DNA from: Octopus vulgaris | Taxonomy: Eukaryota | Length of the DNA: 64,000 nucleotides | Direction of reading: 5' to 3' | Assembly: GCA_951406725.2 (NCBI GenBank) | Contig: OX597818.1 | Location: forward strand, 47,802,001-47,866,000 | Part shown: positions 38,936 to 52,921 of the stretch, one piece after another | How the letters are laid out: each line of letters begins with the position of its first letter | Position numbering within the stretch: the stretch's first letter is position 1 | Position numbers and translations under genes: made by a program | The notes under the pieces: generated by a model | Told to the model about the DNA's origin: nothing | Databases searched by the model: none | The model's input: the letters and a program-made list of their open reading frames with translations, nothing else

Positions 38936-40377
38936 TTGGTTGCAGTGTCCGTCTCCACGCAAAATAATTCTAATAGCAGTTTCTTACATAAACATGAAAC
39001 CAAAGTTTTTCATACAAAAAACCCCCCCCAGAAAACAACAAAAAATAGAGTGGTAACGTCCATGCCTTTTCTAGGAACATTAAAGATGAGAGAAAATGAA
39101 AACAAAAAACTCAGTATAAATTGAATTGCAAATAAAAAATAAATAAAACATAACCATAGGCATGGAGCCTGTAAGAATGCTTGGAGATACAAGCAAGTCT
39201 TACAGGCTCCATGCTGTATAAATCTGTCGAATTACTGTGTATCCGTGGCGTATAACAATTGGTGGTTCTTATTTTAACACTGTGTATATTAAATGATATT
39301 TATCTCTCACTGAATGAAATACTTTCTAGCTGATCCTACATATTACGGAACAGTAAACTATATTCTATTACCTTATTATGGAACTTATTGTCTAGCCTAG
39401 AGTCTTTGCTAATTTCCTCCAAATGATAGAAACGTAATTTCTTTTTACTTACCACAAGAGGTTTAGTTTTTGAGAGGAAATCTTAACATGCTAAATCTTT
39501 TGATGTAAGATATTCTTTGTGTTATTATGAAAAATTAAAAATAGATTTCTTTCTACTCGAGTACAATTGTTTTTGTATTTCCGTGTATTTGCGTTCCCTG
39601 TTACGGTTCTTGACCATTTGAAACATTGGCATTAATTAAACATTATCATTTCCTGCGACACATTTAATGATGTAGAAAAGGTGTGAAGTTATCCACAAAA
39701 TGGCTATTTACAGATGTTACTACATCTGATCGAATGTGAACGATGTAAACAAAATCTCTAGAGGAGATACCGGCATTAATTCAGTGTTCGTAAAATACCT
39801 TTCCAAATAATTGATATCCCAGCGAAATTCTTATCCTGTGGTGAAACACCACAGTATAAAAATAATATCCTATATTCAATCACTATCTGCCAATCGTAAT
39901 TCTATTTAGTTTTCATTCGAAGCATTTTATTTCAGAACTAAAATATAACTCTTTTATCAGGCCCAAAAAAAGAAAAATACTCTGATGGATTAAAGATAAA
40001 ACAATATTCACTTTTCTGTACAATAATGTTAAGGATCAGATTTTATCGTTTTAGGTTCATAAGAACTGACGAAATATGTATACAGTGTTAAAATAAAAGC
40101 TACTAATAGTTTCATGCCACGGTAGTTTGTCCATGTGCTTACATTTGCTGAAATCTTGAATTAGACTTTGCCTTTCATCATTTTGGGATCGGGGTTGACT
40201 TTGCCTTTCATCATTTTGGGATCGATAAACAAGTACCAATTGAACACTGAGGTCCATGTAATTTACTTGTTTTCTTCGCCAAACTTGCTGGCCTGGTGCC
40301 AAAACTTGAGACCAATATTTCCAAGTAGCAACGAGTAGAAACTTGATATACAGCTTTTCTCACACATAGATATACTC

Positions 40378-40592
40378 TTTTTATTGATTTCAGTCATTTG
40401 ACTGTGGCCATGCTGGAGCACCGCCTTTAGTCGAGCAAATTGACCCCAGGACTTATTCTTTGAAAGCCTAGTACTTAATCTATAGGTCTCTTTTGCCGAA
40501 CCGCTAAGTTACGGGGACGTAAACACAGCAGCATCGGTTGTCAAGTGATGGTGGGGGACAAACACAGACACACAAACATATACACACACATA
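40378..40592 (-). mobile_element. SINE family A 3' half (5' half at 43630-43796)
   Basis: The two halves join at the internal microsatellite. Confidence 0.8.
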
Positions 40593-40848
40593 CTACCTTC
40601 GAAACACGGAGTAGTCGAAGCAGGGGCAGCTGAAGAAGGAGAATATTCCTTGTGTTATATATCTTGTACTCTGTTTTTCGTTGTTTGAAAAAAGTCCGTT
40701 TCCATGGTTTTCTTTTTATGTTTTCGTTTCCCATTGTGTTCGACGTTTTTTTGGTGTCCTGTACCCATATATGCATGTATATATACATATAGATATAGGT
40801 ATGTACATATATGTATGTATATATGCATATGTTTTATTTATTATTTTG

Positions 40849-40889
<41 letters not shown>

Positions 40890-40894
40890 TACAT

Positions 40895-43612
40895 ATGAAT
40901 TCATTTAAAAATAAAAACTTAATTAACACCACTGGACTTAGCAAGTACATTTGGAGACTTAAATCCCAAAATATTAAGTATAATTTATCTTGGGAAATAA
41001 TTAGTAAAACTAAATCATATAGTATAGGAGCGAATTTTTGTTATTTATGTTCTAATGAGTTTAAGGAAATTTTATTTTATAAGCATGATAATTTACTGAA
41101 TACATGTGATGAGCGCAAAATAAAATGCAGACGCAAGTTACTTTACTTATATAATAAATTTCTTGATAAATAATGATTATTTCTTAGCCTTAATTAGCTC
41201 CCTATTTGTTGTTTTATGTAATAGTATTATGAATATACCAGGTGATTTGTAGTACTTATATTAGTTTATTTTAGTTATTTAGGTTCTGTTTTTAATTATA
41301 GTTAGATTATAGATGGTTGTTCATTTTATTACTAAATATTTTATTACTAAATATATTTTTAATAAATATTTAATGGTTTATTGAATATAGAGTCTGGTAA
41401 GTTACAATTTTGTTTATTTATTTTATATATTTTGTTATATTTCTATTATAACTTCGTTAAATTATAATTTTGTTATATTAATCTATTTGTATGTAATCTC
41501 TTTATATTTGAAATAGCTTTATTTAGTTGTTTATTTAATCTATTTTATTCAATATAGAAGTATAGATTAGTAGATTAATTATTTAGATTTAACTTAATAT
41601 TTACCTCTATTTTGTATTGTAGTATGATTATAGACATTTATATATCTATTTATTTTATAATATATGTGGTTCTGTGTGTATGTATATATGTGTATATGAT
41701 GATGTGTGTATATATATATGTATATGTATATACATTTATTTATGTGTATGTGTGTGGGTGTGTATATATAGGTGTAAGTGTATATATTGAGTATTGTATG
41801 TATGTACATGTATGTATGAGTGTGCATATGTGTATGTGTGTGTATATATGTGTGTATATATGTATATGTATATGTATGTATGTGTGTATGTATGTGTATA
41901 TGTGTATGTATATGTATATGTATGTATATATATATATGTGTATATATATATGTATATATATGTATATATATGTATATGTATGTATATTTTCTTATATATT
42001 TATGTATACGTATGTATAGTTATACTACAAATTTTGATAAGTATTTATATATTTATAGATTTTGTTATGATCACTCATTTTAGCTTATAATTATAAGGGC
42101 ATGGGAAGGAATTTATAGTATGTAGAGGGGTTACTATATAAATTAAGTTTTATATATTTATTAATCTAATAAGATTTTTAGAATATATTTAATAATTAGT
42201 GGTTTTTAATCATTTAAATCATTTAATTTATTTTGTATTAAGTTTCATTTATCATAGTTATTTTATCAATAAATATTATAGTATAGAGAGATTTTATTCT
42301 TTATTTGTGACTTCATTCTTTTTACAATGATAAACAAATAATTTTCCCATTCACAATCTTTAATAAAACGTAGGTTCCTCACGCGTAATGAATTCTTCAA
42401 CAATTTATTCTTTTTTTTTGCTAATAACGTAATTCCACGAGTATTCTTATAAACGCTGTAAAAGACGTTTTCTGATTCAAAATTTTAGTTCATTGATTAA
42501 ACCTCGTATTTATTTAAGATCTTCAAATTGTAAATTTTAATATTGTATGAGCCTTTGGAGTAATAATATTCTCCTTATGTAAATATCGTTGTTTATGTAA
42601 TGATCTAATTATCGTAATTTTCTATATTATTAGATATTAAATTTAAGTTTATTCGTAAGATACTTCTTAGCGATAGATTTATTATTTGATAGCAAGCATA
42701 CGAGGTGTATTAAGTTAGGCTTTGTATATACAGGTTTTAATAGTATTAATTGTAGTTTTAAACTTATAATTAACTTAGATAAACTTTGATAAACTTAGAT
42801 ATGTTTCGACTAAAGATTGGTCCAGGCCATGTCTAATTTAATAGCATAACTTTGTTATTTCTTTAAATTTATATTCGATAATTATTCCCATTCATAATTA
42901 TATTTATAGTACTTATAGTATTTATTCGATACTATATTACTACGAATTGATTATTTCTAAAAGTATTTTACATAAGATTTCCGAAAGTTCCTTTAAGTTA
43001 GTTTATTTGTATTTTGAAATTAGCTACTTCATCTTTAAATATGAAAAATTAAATTTATTAGGCTTTTATTATATGTGCATATACAATTATTTATAGAGAT
43101 TATTTTAGATCTTAATTATAATATTTATATACATTTATATATTTTCATTGATAATTTATATATATTAGTCATTTAAAATATTTATGTAATTAGATATAGA
43201 CTAATATTGATATTAGATTATGGGTGGGTTTCCTACCTTATAAATTAAAATTAATATTTAACATTATAGTCGATTTGGATATAATCATAATTGTTAAGTT
43301 CTATGTCTCTAGTTTGATAATAGAGCTTATTATAAGTAAAATTATTATATTATATATATTATTTATATCTTTAAAATATTGTTTAAATATTTCTGATTAT
43401 ATTTTAGATATTTAAATCACCTGAAGAATGACTGTAACTCGAATTTTTACGAATTGGACAGCCATGAAACGATCGTAGTGTTATACCAATTATCTTTTTT
43501 TTAATAATTTTGATATATATTTAAAATAATATAAATTAATTAATCTTATGTATTGGCTTAAGTTTTTCATTGTATGATTTGCTTAATAGTGGTTTTATCT
43601 CTAATTTAATAT
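40895..43612 (+). mobile_element. Penelope-like element 3' part: GIY-YIG C-terminus, long AT-rich 3' region, terminal hammerhead
   Basis: TTGLSKYIWRLK..NIKYNLSWEII.K.KSYS....CYLCSNE..EI is the conserved PLE endonuclease C-terminus; hammerhead at 43416-43482; extent of the AT-rich middle is inferred. Confidence 0.75.
43416..43482 (+). ncRNA. Type-I hammerhead ribozyme motif at PLE end
   Basis: TCAC-CTGAAGA-ATGACTGT...ACAGCCAT-GAAAC-GATCGT-A-GTG; palindromic stem III ACGATCGT, predicted site GUA. Confidence 0.72.
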
Positions 43613-43629
43613 AATATATATATATACAT

Positions 43630-43796
43630 ATATACGACGGGCTTCTTTCAGTTTCCGCCTACCAAATCCACTCACAAGGCTTTGGTCGGCCCGAGGCTAT
43701 AGTAGAACACAGTTGCCCAAGGTGCCACGCAGTAGGAATGAACCCGGAACCATGTGGTTCGTAAGCAAGCTACCTACCACACAGCCACTCCTGCGG
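43630..43796 (-). mobile_element. SINE family A 5' half
   Basis: Family match; an older copy follows at ~43810-44205. Confidence 0.82.
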
Positions 43797-44386
43797 CTAT
43801 CTTTAACTTTTGCTTGTTTCCCTCACTGGACTGCAGCTATGCTGGAGATACTACCTTGAAGAGTTTAGTCGAACAATTCGAACCCCGTTACTTATTTTTA
43901 AAATGTGGCACTTATTCTGTCGGACATTTGCCAAACCACTATGTTACGGGGACATAAACAAACCAGCACCGGTTGTCAAGTGATAGTGGGGACAATCACA
44001 AACGCAGATACGTACACACATAAATATACACATACACGCATATACGACGGACTTACACGCAATTTCCTCCCACAAAATTCACTCACAGGGTATTAAATGG
44101 GCCGGGGCTATAGTAGAAGATTCTTGCCCAGGGTGCCACACAGAGGGATCGAAACTGCATGGTTGCCGAGCGAGCTTGTTTACCACGTAACCATTCCTGC
44201 GCCTGATATATAGCTTGCGTTTATTTTAAATGAAAGTTGTTTCAAACTCTAAGGTTTATAACTTTGAAGCTCAGGGTCCATGGTTTAGTGTCTTAGCCAT
44301 AAGGTTTACAACCTTTTAAACTAATAAGAGATTTTCTTTAACCTGACAAGCTTGGATTTCTTTGTTTCATATCCCATTTCGATATA

Positions 44387-44771
44387 GTGGAGGCGCAATG
44401 GCCCAGTGGTTAGGGCAGCGGACTCGCGGTCATAGGATCGCGGTTTCGATTCCCAGACCGGGCGTTGTGAGTGTTTATTGAGCAAAAACACCTAAAGCTC
44501 CACAAGGCTCCGGCAGGGGATGGTGGTGATCCATGCTGTACTCTTTCACCACAACTTTCTCTCACTCTTACTTCCTGTTTCTGTTGGACCTGTATTTCAA
44601 GGGGCCGGCCTTGTCACTCTCTGTGTCACGCTGAATATCCCCGAGAACTACGTTAAGGGTACACGTGTCTGTGGAGTGCTCAGCCACTTACACGTTAATT
44701 TCACGAGCAGGCTGTTCCGTTGATTCGGATCAACCGGAACCCTCGTCGTCGTAACCGACGGAGAGCTTCCA
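44387..44771 (+). mobile_element. SINE family C, full length, 12-bp TSD
   Basis: TSD CATTTCGATATA at 44375-44386 and 44772-44783. Confidence 0.92.
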
Positions 44772-45209
44772 CATTTCGATATAACAAGTAGAAAGCTGAT
44801 GGGTAAGACACAAACAACTTCAAGAGGATCTGGTTCTTCAGCAATACCTTCTTGCAAATTAAGTTATCCCTTCTTTCCTTCAAGCATTTGAAAATTAAAC
44901 ACGGCTCGGAAGATTTCTTGTTTACTACGGCAAAAGAAATCTCATTTCTGTGTGACAGAAGGTAACTTATATTTTAATGATAAATGTTTCAAGCTTCTAT
45001 TTTATATCAAATAAATAGATAGCTTCTATACATTGTGGTGTTTTAGAATTCGTTCTAAGCGTTCGGTTAATTGCGAATTTACTGAATAATTTACAGCACT
45101 TTAAAATTAAACTCGTGTTTCATCTTAAAACTTCGTCTTCATGTCGTACATTTTCAGTTTGTTTTCGTGAACGAGTGTTTTCTTCTGCTCAACATTTATT
45201 TCATTTGTT

Positions 45210-45785
45210 ACATACATAATACATACATACACACACACATACATACATACATACATACATACATACATACATACATACATACATACACATACATACATAC
45301 ATACATACATACATACATACATACATACATACATACATACATACATACATACACACACATATATACATACACACGCATACATACACACATACATACATAC
45401 ATACACACACATACATACATACACACATACATACATACACACATACATACATACATACACACATACATACATACATACATACATACACACATACCTACAT
45501 ACATACATACATACATACATACATACATACATACATACACACATACATACACACATACATACATACACACACATACATACATTTATTACTACACACTCAT
45601 ACACACACAAATACACTCATGCACTCAGACACACACGCATACACACACATACATAACATACATACATACATACATATATATATATATATGTACATACATA
45701 CATTTAGTGCTACACACATACTCACACACGCGCACATACACACACGCACACACACACACACATACACACACACACGTATATATAT
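45210..45785. repeat. Compound (CATA)n/(CA)n microsatellite
   Basis: Direct reading. Confidence 0.95.
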
Positions 45786-46252
45786 CATTTTTATCTCAGT
45801 AACATTCTCGATAAATTACTTCTCTAAATCAGGTAACTGCGATAGCAATCATAAAACAAATGGGTAGCTGTGCGTGTGTGTGTGTGTGTGTGTGCTTGTG
45901 TTTGTATGTGTTTGTGTTTGTATGTGTTTGTGTGTGAGTGTGTGTGTATGTGCGTGTGTGTTTGTGTTTGTATGTGTGTGTGTGTGCGCGCGCTTTTTCC
46001 AGCTTGAATAATGACAATGGTGTTTCAAAGTAAATGCTTAAATACTTTGAATCAATAAATGGCGAGTTAGCGAAAACGTTAGAATGGATTAAGGAGGTCA
46101 CTTTGCAATCCAATGGATTTGAGTTCTGTCACACTGCGCAGCACCCTGAGCAAGCGTCTTCTACTATAGCCTCAGACCGGCCAATGCTCTGTGAGGGAAA
46201 TTCGTTGGTGGAAGTTGTGTGGGAGGCTGTCGCACACACACACATACATGCA

Positions 46253-46732
<480 letters not shown>

Positions 46733-46739
46733 ATATATA

Positions 46740-47350
46740 TATATATCATAAACCCTCCACAAATCTTAAGTATATTAGTCTTTACAGTAATCACGCTAGG
46801 TCAGTTACCGATAACTTAGTCAAAAACATATCTCTTAGACTGTCTAAATTATCTGCCGATGTTGACATTTTTAACCAAAAGGCAGACTTCTACACTTGTT
46901 AAAAGCTGGCTATAAAGATTCTGCTCATTCTAGACCTAGATCTGCTTCTCCAGAAAAAATATCTATTAGTAATAGGAATAGTGATTTTAATTCTAGTAGT
47001 GTAAGCAGCCCAATACATAATATAACCCCAAATTTCCAACCCAGAAGTTTTCCCCCTACCTTTATAAATAACACCACATACGATTCAAAAGTCACTAAGA
47101 ATAGTATCTGGTTCGTAATCCCTTTCGGAAAACAAATTAAATCGAACCTTCCCTTGCAGTTCCGTGAAGCTGTTGCTAGGAACTTTCCCAAAAATTCTAG
47201 ATATTATTCTATTATCAATTCCCACATAGATAGAATCGCTTTCTCTAACACTAGAAATATTTTACAAATTATATCTTCTCACAATACCAAGCTGCTAAAT
47301 AAAGGTTCTTCACCCGGGAGTTCCAGCATTAATCTTGCTAATTCCAACCC
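46740..47350 (+). pseudogene. Penelope-like element RT thumb/linker fragment (Naiad/Neptune-like by motif)
   Basis: YHKPSTNLKYISLYSNH...ISLRLSKLS...F...Y...KAGY followed by SIWFVIPF...NFPK...IINSH..RIAFSNT.NI.QIISSHN.KLL. Confidence 0.8.
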
Positions 47351-47467
47351 CTCATACAATTATAATAATAAGAATAATACTAATAATAATAGTAATGGTA
47401 ATAGTGATGGTGATAATAATGATAATAATAATAATAGTAATAGTGGTGTTAATAACAATGGTAATGT

Positions 47468-47517
<50 letters not shown>

Positions 47518-47704
47518 GGTATTATTGTTGATATTATTATTAGTTGTATTAACAATAATAATACTAATAATAATAGGAATAGTGTTGTTAGTGGTGGTTT
47601 TGAATGGTACAACAATGCACTATAACACAAACAATGGGCTATGTACCTGCTGTAATTTACAATACACAATGCTTCAAGTGAACTACAATACTCTCCTATT
47701 AGGT

Positions 47705-48232
47705 AATTGCTTACCAACCACATGTTTCCGGGTTCAGTCCCACTGCGTGGAACATTGGGCAAGTGTCTTCTACTATAGCCTCGGGCCGACCAAAGCCTTG
47801 TGAGTGGATTTGGTAGACGGAAACTGAAAGAAGCCCGTCGTATATATGTATATATATGTATGTGTGTGTGTATGTTTGTGTGTCTGTGTTTGTCCCTCTA
47901 GCATTGCTTGACAACCGATGCTTATAATCTTTTATCTCTTATTTGTTTCAGTTATTAGACTTCGGCCATGCTGGAGCACTGCCTTGAAAAATTTAAAGTC
48001 GAATGAATCGACACCAGTACATCTTTTTAAAGCCTGGATCTTATTCTGTCGGTGTCTTTTGTCACACACACACACACATGGTGGGTTTCTTTAAGTTTCC
48101 GTATACTAAATCTACTCACAAGGCTTTGGTCGGCCCGAGGCTATTGTAGAAGACACCTGCCAATAGTGCAACACAGTGGACTGAACCCGGAACCATGTGG
48201 TTGGTAAGCAAGCTTCTTACCAAACACCCACG
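47705..48232. mobile_element. Two partial SINE family A copies in opposite orientation
   Basis: + copy 47705-47922, - copy 47935-48232. Confidence 0.75.
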
Positions 48233-48689
48233 CTGTCTGTGTGGTAAAAAGTGGGCGTAAAAAAATCAATCGGGTGGCGCCCTATTGATTTTTTTTACGT
48301 AAGCATTAGAACTCGAGTGCAGAATGAGTACGACCGATTAGATCGACCTCAGTAATCAGCAGGTAGTTTATTTGTCAACACTGAAAGTAAGAAACGCAAA
48401 GTCGACTTTAACAAAAATGAAATAATTATATACTCTCCCAAGTCAATATCACAGATTCGATATTGTTAATTATGTATCATGTATATTTTATGAAAAATAT
48501 TCCGAACTGGAAATGTTTGATCTCGTTAATTACCATCACATTTGCCTTCCGTTCTTTCAGGATCGATAAGCACCAGTCACGTGCAGGGCAGCTGATTGGT
48601 AGAATTGTTAGAATCACGGAGAAGAAGGATGGCGGTTTCAAGTTTCGTTAACTCTAGAAACGACAATATTTATTTGGTAGACAATTAAT

Positions 48690-49125
48690 AATCTTTTCTA
48701 CTATAGGTACAAGTCCTGAAATTTTGGGCGAGGGTGATTCCAGTGCTCAACTGGTACTTGTTTTATCGGCCCCGAAAGGATGAAAAGCAAAGTCGACCTC
48801 GGTGGAATTTGAACTCAGAACATAAAAGGCGGATGAAATGCCGCTAAGCATTTTGTCTTGTGTGTAAACAATTGTGCCAGCTCGCCGCAAACAACAACAA
48901 CAACACTAATCCTTTCTACTATAGGCACAAGGCCTGAGATTTTGGGGGAGAGGACTAGTCGATTAGATCTACCCCAGTACGGAATTGGTACTTAATTTAT
49001 CGACCCCAAAAGGATGAAAGGCAAAGTCAACCTCGGCGGAATTTGAACTCAGAATATAAAGACAGAAGAAATGGTGCAAAGCATTTCGTCCAGCGTGCTA
49101 ACGATTCTGCTAGCTTGTTGCCTTT
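48690..49125 (-). mobile_element. Two SINE family B copies with alternative tail
   Basis: Same head and central domain; tail CAAAATTTCAGGCCTTGTGCCTATAGTAGAAAGGATT. Confidence 0.8.
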
Positions 49126-49675
49126 CACAACAACTACAATAACAATAATAATAATGGTAATAAATGCCCTGATACAGTACCAGGCAGTGGCTCTCAGAGC
49201 TTTTGATCTTAACTGATTAGATGTTTTATGGGATCTATTCCATCTCAATCACAGATCTTTTAATTACTTTTTTCCGGCTAAACAGTTTCAAATTTCGAAT
49301 AGAGGTAGAATTTCTCATGTAGAACATGGTTTACTCTGAACGTTTTGACAAAATTTCGTATTTTAGAAGTTATTTCCTGTTAAAGTTGTCGTAATTTCGA
49401 CCAATCAACGCCGTGTATTCGGTTGAAGAAAGCTACAGCTGTTTGCGATAGTAATCGAAGAGGAACAACTTCCGGGTCATTTCTACTAAATGTCACCACT
49501 CTTATCCTTTCTTCCTTTCTAGTCAGCACCGTGAATTCCTTACTCTCTCCCTCCCTTCTACACTATCAACTAGCAACCAGCGAGCGAATTTATCACTGCC
49601 ACTATAACTACTGTATTTTCTGGTGTATAAGCCGCTATTTGTTTATACTAACGAAATGTGTTTGTTGTTGATTAA

Positions 49676-50378
49676 ATTGGGTTGGCAACTAAGTTCACGC
49701 CTTTTTAATTAAATTTTGGAATTTATTTTTTTCGAGAATTTAATTTTTGAATCATTTTGGAATCTATTTTGTTTTTTGTTTTTCTTGTTAATTTTAGTTA
49801 ATTTTTGTTTATTTTCAGATCATTACAATGGAATGTCAAGTTAAGAAAAACGAGCATTTTCGACACCTCCTTCTTTTTGCTTTTAATCAAGGTTCTAAAG
49901 CCGCAAAAGCTGCTCGCGACATTTGTGCTGTGTATGGAGAGGGTGCCATAGCTGAAAGATTGGTATGCCTAGTTCAAAAATAGAAATTTTGACCTCAAAG
50001 ACGCACCTCGTTCTGGCCGCCCAGTTGAGTTCGTTCAAGAGCGATTAAACCAACTTTTGCACGAAAATTTTCGTCAAACGACAGAGAAAATAGAATGCTC
50101 CCACATTGCTATAGAGAAGCATCTCCACTCGATGGGAAAGGTTCAGAAGTATGGAGCATGGGTTCCGCATGCTTTAAGTAACAACAATAAAAAATCAACG
50201 AGTCACAATCTCCGCTGGTTTGCTTGCTCGTCACCGCTCAACTCATGGACACAAGCAACGATTTCTTTACCGAATCGTTACTGGCGACGAAAATTGGTGC
50301 CTGTACATCAATATGAAGCAGCGTAAGGAATGGCCTAGCCCCAGATAACAAGCAACACCGCGCGTGAAACCCGCGAAA
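49676..50378 (+). pseudogene. mariner transposon left end and transposase N-terminal half, decayed
   Basis: TIR-like TTGGGTTGGCAACTAAG; ATG at 49828 MECQVKKNEHFRHLLLFAF..AARDICAVYG, PRSGRP, WVPHAL, IVTGDE.W. Confidence 0.88.
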
Positions 50379-50450
50379 AACGAGTGTATATGAATAATAC
50401 TAATACTAATACTACTACTACTACTATAACTAATAATAATAATAATAATA

Positions 50451-50770
50451 AATGCCCTGATGCAGTACCAGACAGTGACTCTCGTGTCTTCTGATCTCAA
50501 CTGAATGGAAGTGTTATCATGTACATTGTTTTGTCTTGGTATAAAAGATGGTCTACAGCAAATATTCTACTCAATACCACAGATTTGCTTGTCAGTTATT
50601 TGACCTTAGCTAGTTGAGCATGTCCCCTAGTGACTGATGATATGCGCATCTCTGATCACGAGCAGAAGTAGTGGGGGAGCATCATAGCCATGTGTTGAGA
50701 GGGATTCTTTGGGGTTTGAATAATTAACCTCTGGAAACATGAGTGTTTCGTTCAACATCCTTAAACAACC
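50451..50770 (-). mobile_element. (TAA)n-associated non-autonomous repeat; other pieces at 30350-30520, 30575-30620, 49160-49225, 51945-52305, 57912-58297
   Basis: Near-identical segments in several places, ending GGGCATT(TAT)n. Confidence 0.75.
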
Positions 50771-50779
50771 TAAAATTTT

Positions 50780-51012
50780 CTATTTCTTTACTACCACAAG
50801 GAGCTAAACACAGAGGGGACAAACAAGGACAGACAAACGGATTAAGTCGATTACATCGACCCCAGTGCGTAACTGGTACTTAATTTATCGACTCCGAAAG
50901 GATGAAAGGCAAAGTAGACCTCGGCGGAATTTGAACTCAGAACGTAACGGCAGACGAAATACCGGTAAGCATTTCGCCCGCCGTGCTAACGTGTCTGCCA
51001 GCTCGCCGCCTT
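50780..51012 (-). mobile_element. SINE family B
   Basis: Family match. Confidence 0.88.
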
Positions 51013-51035
51013 AATAATAATAATAATAATAATAA

Positions 51036-51448
51036 TAAAAGATTAGTAAATATAAAGACCTGCTAATAGAAATTGAAAAAATGTGGCATCTCAAGGCGAC
51101 TACAGTACCAGTGATTGTAGGATCTCTAGGAATCATAAAAAAAGGTACTGAAACCTATTTGAAAATTATTCCAGGCTTACCATCCCTACAGGAAGTGCAA
51201 AAATCGTATTAACTGGAACGCCTCATGTTCTGAGAAGAGAACTATTGCTGTGAAAATAACATCCATCCATGAATTTATTTATTTATTAATTTTTAAATAC
51301 ATATTTTATCTGTGAATTTGCGCGTGTAATCTGGAAATGCATACAATGCCCTTCTCTGCCCTAGGTGTATGGAAAACACTCGACGAGAAACGGAAGAAAA
51401 TTTGAGGAAAGAAGGAAAAACATAATAATAATAATAATAATAATAATA

Positions 51449-51508
<60 letters not shown>

Positions 51509-51920
51509 TGATGATGATGATAATAATAGTAATAAAAGATTAGTAAATATAAAGACCTGCTTATAGAAGTTGAAAAAAATGTGGCATCTCAAGGCGACTA
51601 CAGTACCAGTGATTGTAGGATCTCTAGGAATCATAAAAAAAGGTACTGAAACCTATTTGAAAATGATTCCAGGCTTACCATCCTTACAGGAAGTGCAAAA
51701 ATCGTATTAACTGGAACGCCTCGTTCTGAGAAGAGCATTATCGCTGTGAAAACAGCAGCCATTCATGAATTTATTTATTTATTAATTTTTAAATACATAT
51801 TTTATCTGTGAATTTGCGCGTGTAATCTGGGAATGCATACAATGCCCTTCTCTGCCCTAGGTGTATGGAAAACACTCGGCGAGAAACGGAAGAAAATTTG
51901 AAGAAAGAAGGAAAAAACAT
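51036..51920 (+). mobile_element. Two tandem copies of an R4/Dong LINE 3' end separated by (TAA)n
   Basis: 51036-51422 is nearly identical to 51534-51920; KYKDLLIEIEKMWHLKATTVPVIVGSLG. Confidence 0.85.
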
Positions 51921-52304
51921 AATAATAATAATAATAATAATAATATCTCTGATCACGAGCAGAAGTAGTGGGGGAGCATCATAACTATGTGTTGAGAAGG
52001 ATTCTTTGGGGTTTGAATAATTCACCTCTGGAAACATGGGTGTTTCGTTCAACGTCCTTAAACAACCCTTATTCAGGGACCTTTTGAGCGGGATGGGTTA
52101 CTCGATCTGAAGAAAATTCTAACTGGGCTCCACCTGCAAGGTCATGTGCTGTTTATCTTGATATGAGATCACCATGTCGCGCACATATGGTTGTGATGCA
52201 TGTGCCTGGTGTACCTTTATCAGACGGGTAGTCATGATGGGTATATTGGGCTTCGTATATTTTACCTCAGCGTCACTTTGATGGCATGCACTGCTCTCTC
52301 ACTC

Positions 52305-52357
<53 letters not shown>

Positions 52358-52606
52358 GAGTAATAACAATAATAATAATAAGACTTTATGTTGACTGAAT
52401 ACTTGAACAACGATATAAAAAAAACAAACAAACTAAACGATGAAAACATTTGGTAAAACAAGCAGAAATATCAAGCAGGCAAGTATAATTGGTTAGAATA
52501 AAGAATTCAGTGAATATCAGGAAATATATTAGTGTTGCCAGTCATTATTTTTCACCATATTCAAAGTCAATGATTCGGATGTCGTGCTTTTTCTCAAATT
52601 CACAAA

Positions 52607-52900
52607 TTAATTTATATCTGTCGTTCCACCGAAGTAAGGAGCACGCCTATGCAAGACAGTCAATAACGAAGCATGATCAGGGGACTTCAGTTCACTGTTG
52701 TGTTTGCCATTCAAGCTCACTGTCATTTGGTTGGATTCATCATTGTAGTTGCTGTTGCTGCTGTTGGAAGAAGTACTGCTGAGGATGTCGTAGTTCTGCA
52801 ACGGTAAACCTCGATGGGAGATTCCAAAGCCAGCGAGATTGTAAAGGCCGATTGATGTATGCATCGAACTTAGCATATTGTTGTAGAAGTTTGTACCTCT
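52607..52900 (-). CDS. Candidate terminal coding exon of an unidentified host gene
   Basis: Acceptor tgcttctatttttcgtttcag immediately upstream; 97 open codons in phase 0 (RGTNFYNNMLSSMHTSIGLYNLAGFG...); non-repetitive composition; no homology recognised. Confidence 0.4.
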   Translation of the reverse strand, partial: RGTNFYNNMLSSMHTSIGLYNLAGFGISHRGLPLQNYDILSSTSSNSSNSNYNDESNQMTVSLNGKHNSELKSPDHASLLTVLHRRAPYFGGTTDIN

Positions 52901-52921
52901 CTGAAACGAAAAATAGAAGCA

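Noticed and set aside
48256-48299. 44-bp hairpin
   Set aside because: Short and driven largely by A/T runs; no supporting context
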